Source: a virus
Taxonomy: Duplodnaviria > Caudoviricetes
Virus record (IMG/VR): IMGVR_UViG_3300014043_000503
Location: 32,001 to 96,000 of that record
Strand: one strand, 5' to 3'
DNA length: 64,000 nt
Shown: positions 9,036 through 18,876 of the stretch, piece after piece
Layout of the letters: the number at the start of each line of letters is the position of its first letter
How positions within the stretch are numbered: the stretch's first letter is position 1
Notes under the pieces: model-generated
Databases searched by the model: none
Told to the model about the DNA's origin: nothing
Seen by the model: only the letters and a program-made list of their open reading frames with translations
Program-made: the position numbers and the translations under genes

Positions 9036-9592
9036 ATTCCGTTGTCGCTAAGTTTGTGTGCAAATGTGTATTCCTCATCCTCTGCAGGGTCGTCGTGCCA
9101 GCTGTAGATAGTCTCCATCTTCTTCCTGACGTCCTTTGGGATGTCATTGACGTTCCTGTCGCCCATCATCTTCCTCAGGGCCGCTGCAGCCCCTGGCTTC
9201 TTGCCGTCCAGGAAATCGTTGAGGGCCTGTACCGACTTGAAGTCGATGACCTTCTCGATCCTCTTCTTGTTGTTGTACATCTTCCTCTTGACTACGATGC
9301 CCATGCTCTCCAGCCTTCCTATCGTATGGTGTACGAGGACTTCAGAGCATCCGAGGTATTCAGCCATCACCCTTTGCCTTACGATGCAGCTGCCGTGTTT
9401 GCGCTGGTGCCTGAAGATTACTGAGAAAGCCTTCAGCTCCATCTTGTCAAAATACTCGATCAGCACGTTCGGGATCGGGGTCACGTCACCGGTAAACACC
9501 TTGCTGCTCCTTATCGTGTATGCGATATCCGCAACCGGCATTACGATTTCGTTTTCCAGTTCGTTGATTGTCTTCTTCTGAATTACGTCCAT
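9032..9592 (-). CDS. winged helix-turn-helix protein
   Basis: QRVMAEYLGCSEVLVHHTIGRLESMGIV HTH; resembles the 6340 and 6934 proteins. Confidence 0.65.
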   Translation of the reverse strand: MDVIQKKTINELENEIVMPVADIAYTIRSSKVFTGDVTPIPNVLIEYFDKMELKAFSVIFRHQRKHGSCIVRQRVMAEYLGCSEVLVHHTIGRLESMGIVVKRKMYNNKKRIEKVIDFKSVQALNDFLDGKKPGAAAALRKMMGDRNVNDIPKDVRKKMETIYSWHDDPAEDEEYTFAHKLSDNGI

Positions 9593-9684
9593 AACAAATA
9601 CTTAAAAAATTCTTTAATTAATAGAATAAAATCTTGCCGCAAGTGGAAATTTTTCTTATTTTTGCAGGGGTAAAGGAAATAATT

Positions 9685-10542
9685 ATGGAAAAGACAATGG
9701 AACAGGTCGCGAGGCATCTGGCACTCAGGGCTTACTGCGACGATGACTGGGAGGCTATCAGGGAAATGTTCAAGGGGCGTTTCGGAAAGCTTCCCAGAAG
9801 GGCCATGAGGCCGAAGGGCAAGGAAACCCTTCAGGCTTTCGAGGTCTGGATGAGGGAGGGGCTTGCGGATGGCGACGTGGTCAGGATGGGAGAATACGTC
9901 GGCATTCTCTCTGACAGGGTTTCAAGCCGGTATCTTTCCGCCTTCAGGCTGGGTGAGGGTCATATCGTGGTGGCTGAGAAGATCGTGCTGGATCCCTTGG
10001 AGCCTGTTGACGATGATGTGGTTGAATCCTTCGTGAGCCAGCTGAGGGAGTTCGGCTACAGCTTCAGGGTTTCCATGTCAGCCGTCGTTCCCATCACGCT
10101 CGTCCCGGCTTTCACGAGGGTTTCCTATGACGGCAAGTGTGGAATCATAGGGGGCTACGTGAACAGTACGGTCAGGATGCTTGTGGAGGTTGACGGTGAC
10201 AGGCTGAACCTTGATGCGGAGTATCCTGTCTTCAGCATCGACTTCAAGAATGCCAGCCCCAGGGAGATACGGCTCATAGACCGCGTGCTCCTTGCAAACG
10301 GCCTGAGGTATGATGCAGCGTCGAGGGAACTGAGGAAAGCCGTGTCGAGGGTCGGCAACGGTGAGAAGTTCTGGTATATCAATGAGAACTTCGGCGTGTC
10401 AGCTGCCATCGAGAGACACACCAAGACGCAGGATCTCAGGTATCGCAACGGGAACTACTTCCTTTCATTGTCAAGCGCGATGGATTTCCAGAAGAGGCTT
10501 GCCGAGCTTGTGAAGGGGTATGAAAAAGGGACTGGCGATTGA
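9685..10542 (+). CDS. hypothetical phage protein
   Basis: Start moved to ATG 9685 downstream of TATTTTTG promoter (9657-9664); C-terminal FWYI...DLRYRNGNYF motif. Confidence 0.7.
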   Translation: MEKTMEQVARHLALRAYCDDDWEAIREMFKGRFGKLPRRAMRPKGKETLQAFEVWMREGLADGDVVRMGEYVGILSDRVSSRYLSAFRLGEGHIVVAEKIVLDPLEPVDDDVVESFVSQLREFGYSFRVSMSAVVPITLVPAFTRVSYDGKCGIIGGYVNSTVRMLVEVDGDRLNLDAEYPVFSIDFKNASPREIRLIDRVLLANGLRYDAASRELRKAVSRVGNGEKFWYINENFGVSAAIERHTKTQDLRYRNGNYFLSLSSAMDFQKRLAELVKGYEKGTGD

Positions 10543-10580
10543 CCAGTCCCAAACAGCAAAAAATGAAACCAAAGGCAGCC

Positions 10581-11336
10581 TCACGGCTGTTTGTCTATGA
10601 CGGAAGCCTGTCCAAGCTCCCCGTTCAGCTTCCTTATCTTCTCAGCGGAGAATGAATACTGGGTTATCGGCCATTGCTTCCTACCCTGAAGGCATGAAAG
10701 CAGCCTCTTCTCTGATATATAGAAATAATCCTTGTATATCCTTGCAAATTCCCTGAAGTATCGTTCCTCCTTGCCGTCTTCAAGGGTGTGCTTCTGACAG
10801 TACTTCATCCAGCAATATACCAGCACCTCCACATCGGTCAGCAGATCCCAGCCGTCCTTGGTTCCGTCTGCCAGCTTCATGATGGCATCTGAATAGCGCC
10901 TGTTGTCCTGGAACGTCAGCTTTATGTCTTCGGGTTCCTCCTCAGTCACGTTGTTGAAGAGTTCCTTCGTTATCGTCACGTCACCGTCCTGTACGGTCTT
11001 GATGGTGTCGGCAAGCTTCGCATAGTCGATGCTGCCAGCCTTCCTTATGGAATACGGCTTTCCGAATATCTCCACCGCGCTCTCACTCTCGGCAGCCTCG
11101 CGAAAGTCTGAGAGGCATTCCCTCAGCATCAGTTTCAGCATGTGCGCCGGAACGGTCATCCCGAACAGGTCATCCGGCTTCTGTTTCCCCGTCTCATCGT
11201 CATCTTCTGCAAAGAGGATATCCGAGAGAGACGATATGAGATAGGCCGTGAACAGCATGTACGGGTTCCCGCTTATATCCCTCGTCCTGTGCAGCATCAG
11301 GTAGAAGTCGTTTACGGAATAGGCTTTGTACTTCAT
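10581..11336 (-). CDS. hypothetical protein
   Basis: 251-aa ORF in leftward operon. Confidence 0.7.
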   Translation of the reverse strand: MKYKAYSVNDFYLMLHRTRDISGNPYMLFTAYLISSLSDILFAEDDDETGKQKPDDLFGMTVPAHMLKLMLRECLSDFREAAESESAVEIFGKPYSIRKAGSIDYAKLADTIKTVQDGDVTITKELFNNVTEEEPEDIKLTFQDNRRYSDAIMKLADGTKDGWDLLTDVEVLVYCWMKYCQKHTLEDGKEERYFREFARIYKDYFYISEKRLLSCLQGRKQWPITQYSFSAEKIRKLNGELGQASVIDKQP

Positions 11337-11337
11337 G

Positions 11338-11721
11338 TCAGTTTGCTTTTTGGTTTATGTTTATTTCAACGGCCTTCCTTCCCAGCTTCTCAAGCTCGCT
11401 GATCAGCCCGAGCCTTACGCCTTCGCTTTTCTTGGCCTGCTCAAAGACGATATCCATGAAGACGTTGAACAGCCTGATAGCCGGATTTTCGTTCTCGTCA
11501 TTCTCAATGCAAAGGTTCAATATCTCCGAATATGCCCCGCCGATATAGTTCATGTCCTTGTAATCACCCTTGTTGCAGCTGTCGAGGACGGACACTATGC
11601 CGCTCTTCTTGTGGATTGCGACGGCTGAGTAGGCGTATTCGTCACCGAAGATGTCAATGACCTTCTTGATGGCAGATTCCATTCTTTCCTGTTCCTTTTT
11701 CTTTGATTGGGTCTCTTTCAT
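11338..11721 (-). CDS. hypothetical protein
   Basis: Start re-called at MKETQSKK (11721), overlapping the upstream stop. Confidence 0.6.
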   Translation of the reverse strand: MKETQSKKKEQERMESAIKKVIDIFGDEYAYSAVAIHKKSGIVSVLDSCNKGDYKDMNYIGGAYSEILNLCIENDENENPAIRLFNVFMDIVFEQAKKSEGVRLGLISELEKLGRKAVEININQKAN

Positions 11722-12371
11722 TTTCTCTTTGATTTTGAGTTGTTTATGATTCTTTGTTTTAATTTCCTGTCCTTTCCGAAATCCACCTCCTTGAGATAGT
11801 CCCAGAAATCCCTTATCTCCGTTCCGAAGTTCAGGAATGACGGACACATCTCGTCGCCCGTCCTCCAGTCCTTCGGAATCCTTGAGATGATTTCGGCCTC
11901 ATCCTCGTCCCACCACTTGTAGAACAGGCAATGATACCTGTCCATGCAGTAGCGGTTCTTGCAGATGCCACCCCTCTTGCGAAGTATCCTGTAGGCCCTT
12001 GGCGTTATGATCCAGGCGGTGTCAGGCAGTTCTTCGCGGAAATTCTCAGGCACCGTTCCTATGAGCCATGCGTCGTTTGTGCTGACGGCCGTGAAGTCCT
12101 TTCTCATGATGCAGAACTTCTTTCCGTCCATCCCGAGCATTGCCGGCCTTTTCATCCTACCCTGTTCGGGCAGCAGGAGGTAGCACTTGCCGCCAATCAC
12201 GTCGTACTTCCTTTTCTTCCTGACGATTCCAGACCAGAAGGCGCATTCCCAGCACAGGCATTCCTTGAGCATTTTCCTATGCACCTTGGATGACCTGCTG
12301 AAGTATAGGTCTGGTATGCGCTTCCCGCATTTCTCGCAGACTATATACGTGATGGTCAGCGTCCGCTTCAT
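11718..12371 (-). CDS. Cys-rich hypothetical protein (possible Zn-binding)
   Basis: CEKC, CWEC and CKNRYCMDRYHC motifs. Confidence 0.7.
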   Translation of the reverse strand: MKRTLTITYIVCEKCGKRIPDLYFSRSSKVHRKMLKECLCWECAFWSGIVRKKRKYDVIGGKCYLLLPEQGRMKRPAMLGMDGKKFCIMRKDFTAVSTNDAWLIGTVPENFREELPDTAWIITPRAYRILRKRGGICKNRYCMDRYHCLFYKWWDEDEAEIISRIPKDWRTGDEMCPSFLNFGTEIRDFWDYLKEVDFGKDRKLKQRIINNSKSKRK

Positions 12372-12955
12372 GCGCTGATGGAGTTGAATATCTCGTCCGT
12401 CTCCTGCTTCCTCAGGCCGATATATACCTGTGTGATCTTGATGCTTGAGTGGTGGAAGATATAGTTCAGCCTTATCAGGGCCTCGTCGGTTCTGCCCATC
12501 TTGTCATAGACGTACCGCCCGAAGGTCTTCCTGAAGGTGTGCGAGGAGAAGTTTCCTATCTTCAGCGAGTATTTTTCCTTCCACTGCTTGCAGAGCCTGT
12601 TGATGTACTGCCTTGAGACGGAGCTTCCCGTAATCGGTGAGTAGAGGATGCACTTGTCGCGTATGGGATATCCGGCAAGCTCATACAGGTTTGCCAGCCT
12701 TTCAGACACGCTCTTGCTGATGGGGATGCTCCTTGTCTTCTTGGTCTTCTTTTCCGTGATGATCACGCTGTCCCTGTCCAAGACGTCCATCCATCTGATG
12801 TTAAGTACGTCTGAGATACGCAGCGCGAGGCAGAAGGAGAGCAGGCAATATGCGCATTGCTTGTACTTTCCGTCTTTCTCCAGGCAGTCGAGTAGTCTCT
12901 GAAACTCTTCGTAGGACAAATAGTCCGCTGTTGTAATTGAATTTTTCTTGCTCAT
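12368..12955 (-). CDS. short tyrosine recombinase (catalytic domain only)
   Basis: LRISD, HTFRKTFG and HSSIKITQVY catalytic R-H-R-H-Y motifs; TAATTTTG promoter at 12986-12993. Confidence 0.85.
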   Translation of the reverse strand: MSKKNSITTADYLSYEEFQRLLDCLEKDGKYKQCAYCLLSFCLALRISDVLNIRWMDVLDRDSVIITEKKTKKTRSIPISKSVSERLANLYELAGYPIRDKCILYSPITGSSVSRQYINRLCKQWKEKYSLKIGNFSSHTFRKTFGRYVYDKMGRTDEALIRLNYIFHHSSIKITQVYIGLRKQETDEIFNSISA

Positions 12956-13147
12956 TTTTGTTTCACTTTTGCTTTGTTACGGCGGCAAAATTAAGCATTG
13001 CCCGAGACAAAAGCAAGCGATTGCGCTTTTATTGTTGTTAATTGTTGTTAAGCGGTTGTATTCGGTTGGTTTATAGAGAGGTACGCGAAAAAAATTAAAA
13101 AGGTGCTGCCGTCAAGACAACACCTGTCACGATAGTCTGGGAGCAAG

Positions 13148-13591
13148 CTATTTCGTACCGCTGTGTCCGAAACCGCCCTCTCCCCTCTCGGTCTCTTCAA
13201 GCTCGTCAACCGGAACCCATTCAACGGTCTCACATCTTGCCACGACCAACTGGGCGATCCTGTCACCGTTCCTGATGATGAAATCCTCAAATCCGTGGTT
13301 AATGAGGATAACACCCACATCACTCCTATAGTCCGCGTCAATCGTGCCGACTCCATTCAGTACGGCAACACCGAACTTGATGGCCAGTCCGCTTCTTGAT
13401 CTTACCTGAGCCTCGTAGCCTTCAGGAAGCTGGATTCTTATCCCAGTTGGAATAAGTGCGCGGCCACCCGGCTTGAGAAGGACATCTTCCTTCAGGTTGG
13501 CACGCAAGTCCATTCCTGCGCTTCCTGGCGTTGCATACTCCGGCAATGGGTTTGCAGAGCAGTTAATTACTTTAATCTTGATTTTTTCCAT
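13148..13591 (-). CDS. dut: dUTP diphosphatase
   Basis: SAGMDL, RSRSGLA, GTIDADYR, RIAQLV and RGEGGFGHSG motifs of trimeric dUTPase. Confidence 0.95.
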   Translation of the reverse strand: MEKIKIKVINCSANPLPEYATPGSAGMDLRANLKEDVLLKPGGRALIPTGIRIQLPEGYEAQVRSRSGLAIKFGVAVLNGVGTIDADYRSDVGVILINHGFEDFIIRNGDRIAQLVVARCETVEWVPVDELEETERGEGGFGHSGTK

Positions 13592-13947
13592 TCCTTATAA
13601 TTGTTTGATTTGACATAGTTGAACCTGTTGGTGTATTGGCTTTCAGGGATTATCTGCTTCGGCTTCATCTTGGACGTGAGGTAGATCGGATAGTCGTTTC
13701 CCAGCACCTCGTCAAAGTCTATCAGCCTGAGAACCCCGATGTCATCGAAGTCTATGATGATTTCGTCGGGGATGCTCCTGACGTACAGCTTCCTGACAGC
13801 CACGACCTCACCCTTACACGCCCTTCTCAGCACTTGCGGGGTGACGTTGAGTATTTCAGCAGCCGTCGATATGGAGTTAAATATTGCCACAAGCTTCAGG
13901 TTTCCGTCGAAGGCCGCTATCTTCTTTGCCGTGAAGTCACCCATCAT
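13567..13947 (-). CDS. NUMOD1-like HTH DNA-binding protein
   Basis: DGNLKLVAIFNSISTAAEILNV...LRRACKG pattern. Confidence 0.55.
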   Translation of the reverse strand: MMGDFTAKKIAAFDGNLKLVAIFNSISTAAEILNVTPQVLRRACKGEVVAVRKLYVRSIPDEIIIDFDDIGVLRLIDFDEVLGNDYPIYLTSKMKPKQIIPESQYTNRFNYVKSNNYKEWKKSRLK

Positions 13948-14393
13948 TCATCTCGCTGTTTGATAAGTTCCTTGAGGAATTCGGTGGGCACCCTTGATAC
14001 TGTGAGTGACATTACATGGTGGTCGCTGTAGGCCACCCCGTCGGTCATCGCGTCCGAGAAGATCTGCATCATGTGGAGGAACCCGCTTGGGTCTGCGAAC
14101 ATGAGGAATATGAATGCGAGGTACTGGTTCATGAGCAGGTGCCTGCTTGGTGTCAGATACCACAAGGTTCCGGGTTCTACCATCCCGCTCTCAATCAGCC
14201 GTGACACATAGATCTTGTTGAACTTCTGGAACGTCTCAAACGAGAATGAAAGTTCAAAGGTCTCGCAATACTCGGTGGCATCAAACACCATCGTACCGTC
14301 TGGAACCTCACCGAAATGCAGTTGCGGGAAGTCCAGCAGCGCGGATTCGGTGAACGTCACGTCTTTCTTCAGGTCGTTCAGCTTCCAGTTCAT
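13944..14393 (-). CDS. hypothetical protein
   Basis: 149-aa ORF, ATGA-coupled to both neighbours. Confidence 0.7.
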   Translation of the reverse strand: MNWKLNDLKKDVTFTESALLDFPQLHFGEVPDGTMVFDATEYCETFELSFSFETFQKFNKIYVSRLIESGMVEPGTLWYLTPSRHLLMNQYLAFIFLMFADPSGFLHMMQIFSDAMTDGVAYSDHHVMSLTVSRVPTEFLKELIKQRDE

Positions 14394-14917
14394 AGCGGTC
14401 TCCGTTTAGCCTCAACGACTTCAGGCAGCATGAAGAGCGAATCGGCATTGTCGAGCTTGTTGCTGACCACCTTGAAACTGTCTGAGGTCATTTTGTACTT
14501 CTTGTTCATGTAGTCCTTCAGGTATCTGTCAGCGGCAGCACTCGTGGATGCAGGGACAAGGTATTCCTCGGTCGAATCCTTCTCATCCTCGCCACCGAAT
14601 ATCTTCACTTTGATAAGGAAGAACCCGGCCTGCTCATCGTCGAAGAAAGACTCTGAGAGTCCGCAGGTGATGTTCTCTTCCTCTGCCACGGAGTCGTTCA
14701 GGAGGATGTTTCCGAGGACTATCTTTGTCTTGATAATCTCGTAATCGCATTCGTCGTACCTTGAGAACTCTCGCTTCTCGATGATTGAGTTCACAAGTTT
14801 CTCAGCGTCCGTGTAGTTTGCACATTGGGCAAGCAACTCCAGTTTCTTCTTTGTAAGATCGCCGTTTTCCTTCTCGCCCGTATAGGAAAACTTGAATCTG
14901 AAAATCGAATATCTCAT
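14390..14917 (-). CDS. DUF4494-like Bacteroidetes protein
   Basis: ENGDLTKK..LL.Q..NYTDAE and FFLIKVK..EEYLVPA duplicated pattern. Confidence 0.6.
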   Translation of the reverse strand: MRYSIFRFKFSYTGEKENGDLTKKKLELLAQCANYTDAEKLVNSIIEKREFSRYDECDYEIIKTKIVLGNILLNDSVAEEENITCGLSESFFDDEQAGFFLIKVKIFGGEDEKDSTEEYLVPASTSAAADRYLKDYMNKKYKMTSDSFKVVSNKLDNADSLFMLPEVVEAKRRPL

Positions 14918-15103
14918 AATTTTAAAGTTTAAAACGCCCTATAATAGAATAGTTGGAAACAGGAAATTTTTGGAAAGCCTATAAAATATGTTAATTTGAG
15001 AGGAAAAATCGGAAACAGGAAAATAGTCTGGCTTGTTTCCCAGCGCTTCCTACAGGAAATAGAAAGGTCGATTTTTGTCTATTACCTTTAAAAATTTATC
15101 GAC

Positions 15104-16513
15104 ATGAGAAAGAGAACCGACAACATATCGACTGGCGATTTCTTTGCCACCCATCCGATAGTGTCTTACTACAACGAAGTCAAGAAGACAATCAACGACT
15201 ATGTGCAGGAGCTCATCAGGCACAACCGCTACAAGAGCATCGTGAACCAGTCGGAGGACGGCTATGTCCTTGATGACAGGGGAAGGCTGATAGACCTCTA
15301 TGATTCCTGCATCCTTCAGGACGCCCACCTTCTCGGAACCATCGAGACCCTTTCCTCGTACCTCATAGGCGAACAGTACATGCTTGCCAGGAGGAGCGAG
15401 GGCGGCAAGTGGAAGATGGACGATGACGAGACGGCGAAGATACAGGGAACCCAGTTCGAGAAGATCATCACGGGTATCATGTATGCCGTGTTCTACGGCT
15501 ACACCCTCATTGAGATCAAGCAGGACATCGACCCTGAGACCGGAAGGCTGAAGGAGGTGAACCTGATTGAGAGGAGGAACGTTCTCCCCGGCCAGCACCG
15601 CGTGGTTCTCAGGGAACATGAGTGGGATCCTGGCTACAACATTGACGATAAGCGATTCAACAAGAACTACGTGCTGATTGACACCGGCGGCCTCGGCCTT
15701 TTCTCGGCCACCACCCCGCTCGTGCTCGCCAAGAAGTTCACCATTGCCAACTGGGTTAACTTCGCCCACACCTACGGCCAGCCCATCATCCACGGAAAGA
15801 CGAATGCCGAGGACGAGGCGAGCCGCAAGAGGCTGGCAGGCTCCATTGCCAATGCAGCCCAGAAGAAGGTGCTTGTCACGGGAAAGGAGGATGAGGTTGA
15901 CGTGAAGACGTTCGTCACCTCCAACTCTGAGCAAATATACGACAAGCTGAAGGCCCATGCCAACTCCGAGATTTCAAACCTCATCCTCGGTTCCGAGTCG
16001 ATGGCCGGTGCAACCCAGTCCTACGTCGGCTCCACCAAGGCGCATGAGGACATTTTCCGTGCAAGGCTGAAGAAATACCGCCGTGTCATTGAGAACTACA
16101 TGAACGAGAAGGTCATCCCAGTCCTGAAATACTGGGACATCATAGCCGATGACGTATGGTTCAAGTATCGCAAGCGTGTCGAGATGTCGGACGAGAACAA
16201 GATCAAGCTCTATGACGTGCTGACCAACAAGTACAGGGTTGACGCTGACATGATCGAGGATGAGTTCGGTGTCATGGTCGGCGAGCAGTTCAATGACATG
16301 GAGGGCATGCTCGGAGAGACCGGGACGGCTGGGCTTGCTGAAGGTGAGAGCGAAAACGACCACCATATCATGAGCGACGAGGAATACATGAGGCGATATG
16401 GCCATCCGAGGGGTGTCAAGAAATCCACTTCCAACAAGGACAACAACAAGAACACCGAGGAAACCGAGGAGGTAGAGGACAGGATAAATTTTCTAAGAGG
16501 GATGCAGGGATAG
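15104..16513 (+). CDS. portal protein, DUF935/Mu gp29-like
   Basis: DAHL, W.NFAHTYGQPIIHGK and NSEISNLILG motifs; first gene of head module. Confidence 0.75.
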   Translation: MRKRTDNISTGDFFATHPIVSYYNEVKKTINDYVQELIRHNRYKSIVNQSEDGYVLDDRGRLIDLYDSCILQDAHLLGTIETLSSYLIGEQYMLARRSEGGKWKMDDDETAKIQGTQFEKIITGIMYAVFYGYTLIEIKQDIDPETGRLKEVNLIERRNVLPGQHRVVLREHEWDPGYNIDDKRFNKNYVLIDTGGLGLFSATTPLVLAKKFTIANWVNFAHTYGQPIIHGKTNAEDEASRKRLAGSIANAAQKKVLVTGKEDEVDVKTFVTSNSEQIYDKLKAHANSEISNLILGSESMAGATQSYVGSTKAHEDIFRARLKKYRRVIENYMNEKVIPVLKYWDIIADDVWFKYRKRVEMSDENKIKLYDVLTNKYRVDADMIEDEFGVMVGEQFNDMEGMLGETGTAGLAEGESENDHHIMSDEEYMRRYGHPRGVKKSTSNKDNNKNTEETEEVEDRINFLRGMQG

Positions 16514-16542
16514 GCTCCTGTATCTCTAAGATATACGATGCC

Positions 16543-17400
16543 TTGAACAAGAACAGCAAGGAGGAGAACGATGCCGACTATGCCGAGCTCCTTGCCCTTT
16601 TTATTGCCTTGCTGAAGGTGATGGGCGATGAGAAGAAACGCATTGCAGCGCTTCAGGCTTTGGCTGCAAAGAGGGCCTATCACGGTATCAAGTATGCTGC
16701 AAGGGCTTTCAGGATGGTTCCAGAAGAAGTCAAGCTGCTGCTGAGGAATACCGAGGACAATACGCTGACGAAGGAGGATATTGAGAAGCGTGACAGGCTT
16801 GTGGCCGCCGTTGACAATATCATAGCCTTTTCCGTAGCGGAGGAATACCAGCTCTATAGGAAGGCCGATGCCGTGGACGGTGTGGACTTCAACGACATAG
16901 ACTGGAACGACCCTGACGAGATGGCTGAATACTATGACCTTTGCGAGACCTACAACAAGCGGTATGCAGCCGTTGAGAACTCCGACATAGAATATGCCAT
17001 GACCGTTGCATGGAGCTGGATTCACTGGGGAGCCAACCAGCTCATAACCTACTGGACTCAGAACGATGACCGCGTGAGGCCGTGGCACTTTGCGCTTCAG
17101 GGATATTCTGCAAGGAGGGATGATTTCCCCGAATGGATGATACCGCCTATTGAGTGGGGCTGCCGCTGCTTCCTCATCATTGGCGACGATGAATACTACA
17201 ATAAGCTGAACGTGAAGCAGGTTGTCGGCAAGGCTCCTGAGAAGCCGAAGCAGATAGACGGCATCTTCAGCGAGAGCGTTGCGAAGTGCGGGAGGATATT
17301 CGGGGAGAAGCATCCGTACTTCACCATCAAGTCATCCGACAAGGATATGCTTCAGGAAATGGTTGACAACATAAAGAAGGAGTGGTATGGCAACACCTAA
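16543..17400 (+). CDS. head morphogenesis protein, Mu gpF/SPP1 gp7-like
   Basis: DDRVRPWH...PPIEWGCRC...HPYF motifs. Confidence 0.8.
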   Translation: MNKNSKEENDADYAELLALFIALLKVMGDEKKRIAALQALAAKRAYHGIKYAARAFRMVPEEVKLLLRNTEDNTLTKEDIEKRDRLVAAVDNIIAFSVAEEYQLYRKADAVDGVDFNDIDWNDPDEMAEYYDLCETYNKRYAAVENSDIEYAMTVAWSWIHWGANQLITYWTQNDDRVRPWHFALQGYSARRDDFPEWMIPPIEWGCRCFLIIGDDEYYNKLNVKQVVGKAPEKPKQIDGIFSESVAKCGRIFGEKHPYFTIKSSDKDMLQEMVDNIKKEWYGNT

Positions 17401-18034
17401 GAAAAGCTCCGCGTTCATCTTCAATCTCACGAAGGGAAAGAAGAAGACCTTTGAGATCACCTTCGACCAGATGGCGACCCAGATAGCGAACCTTCCAGAA
17501 TACGTTAGGCTTGCGAGCCTCAACTTCACAGTTGACCTCAGCAGGAAGGCGAGGGATGTCTTTCAGGAGCGCTTTGACAAGAATTATCAGGGATTCCATG
17601 ACCGCTGGGCAAAATTGGCGGATGCAACGGTAAGGAAGAGAAAGTGGATGATGAATAAGTTTCCAAGTTTCACTGAGGGAGCTTCAGAGAAAATCCTGAC
17701 CAACTTCGGCACGCTGAGAAGGTCGATCAAGATAAACGACAGCCTTGGATACAATACGCCCACAAGGACGATGCGCAGGGTATATACCGACCCCAGGGAA
17801 TTTGCCAACTCACCGATTCACAAGGGATTCAACTATGCCGGAATCATGCAGACTGGAAGACCCGCTGGCAATGGAAGAGTGAAAGCCATCCCTGCAAGGC
17901 CGTTCATGGGACACCACAGGTTCATAGATGAATGGAGTGAAGAGCGGATAGACAAATACCTTCTCAGGTCAGTGTTTACCGAGACTGGAGGCTTTGGCAT
18001 GAAGGGTGATCTTCCATTTAACATCAAAAAATAG
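17387..18034 (+). CDS. virion morphogenesis/tail completion protein (Mu gpG-like)
   Basis: W..L...T, G.LRRSI, YA and IPARPFMG motifs. Confidence 0.7.
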   Translation: MATPKKSSAFIFNLTKGKKKTFEITFDQMATQIANLPEYVRLASLNFTVDLSRKARDVFQERFDKNYQGFHDRWAKLADATVRKRKWMMNKFPSFTEGASEKILTNFGTLRRSIKINDSLGYNTPTRTMRRVYTDPREFANSPIHKGFNYAGIMQTGRPAGNGRVKAIPARPFMGHHRFIDEWSEERIDKYLLRSVFTETGGFGMKGDLPFNIKK

Positions 18035-18042
18035 GTAGCGCA

Positions 18043-18798
18043 ATGAAAGTAGATAAGACAACAGGTAAGATTGAGGGGGCCGTAGAGACCCCGGCCATCG
18101 AGGAGCATGTGACCCAGATACAGGTTCCGACAACGGGCATCATAGCCGCTCTCAGGGCTGTCAGGGAAATCCTCTCAAACATCAGGTGGGAATACGGAAA
18201 CCCCGAAAGTCCACTTATATTCAAGACCGTCCAGCATGATGACGGACAGTTTGAGAGGATTGTGAGGAAGGGCGCGAACCTTGAGGACGGCATCGGTTTC
18301 CCAGCCGTTTTCTACCACATCATTGACGCGCGCTGGCTGAAGGAGACCAACCGCCAGAGCGAGATACGCGCAGACCTCAGGGTAAGGTATGTCCTTAACC
18401 GCCTGAACGTGCATGACAATTTCGACACCGAGACTGAAGGGCACTATGTCATGGAGCGCATCAAGCAGGAAATGGAGCTTCACCGCCTGGAATATGAAGC
18501 GCTCACCAAGCATTGCCTCCTTAATTATTACTATAAGTACGAGAGCTTTGACGATAGCCTGCAGCCATGGGGTATCTCATGGGACTTGTGGGTGGAGGAA
18601 TCTAACGTATGGGTGGAGCGCAACAAGCGTAACGTGCATATCGTATTCCCGCCGTTTGCCAACCATTCAGACCAGACTGATCCTGAGACGATGAATCCCG
18701 AAGGCCATACCTACGAAGACCATCCGAGGGAACTTGACGCTGCATCCGAGTATGTCATGGGCGGTGTCGAGAACACGGATGCGGATGGCGGCGAATAG
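18043..18798 (+). CDS. putative neck/tail terminator protein
   Basis: Position and size; FPAVF motif. Confidence 0.45.
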   Translation: MKVDKTTGKIEGAVETPAIEEHVTQIQVPTTGIIAALRAVREILSNIRWEYGNPESPLIFKTVQHDDGQFERIVRKGANLEDGIGFPAVFYHIIDARWLKETNRQSEIRADLRVRYVLNRLNVHDNFDTETEGHYVMERIKQEMELHRLEYEALTKHCLLNYYYKYESFDDSLQPWGISWDLWVEESNVWVERNKRNVHIVFPPFANHSDQTDPETMNPEGHTYEDHPRELDAASEYVMGGVENTDADGGE

Positions 18799-18853
18799 CC
18801 CCGAAAGCCCTTTGCCGTCAAGACCTTGCAGAAATACATGTAAAAATTTTTTA

Positions 18854-18860
18854 CTATTAT
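18854..18860 (+). promoter_or_regulatory. phage-specific CTATTAT promoter motif (representative copy)
   Basis: Same motif a short distance upstream of many structural and accessory genes (see findings). Confidence 0.6.
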
Positions 18861-18876
18861 AGGGAAAAACACCAAA

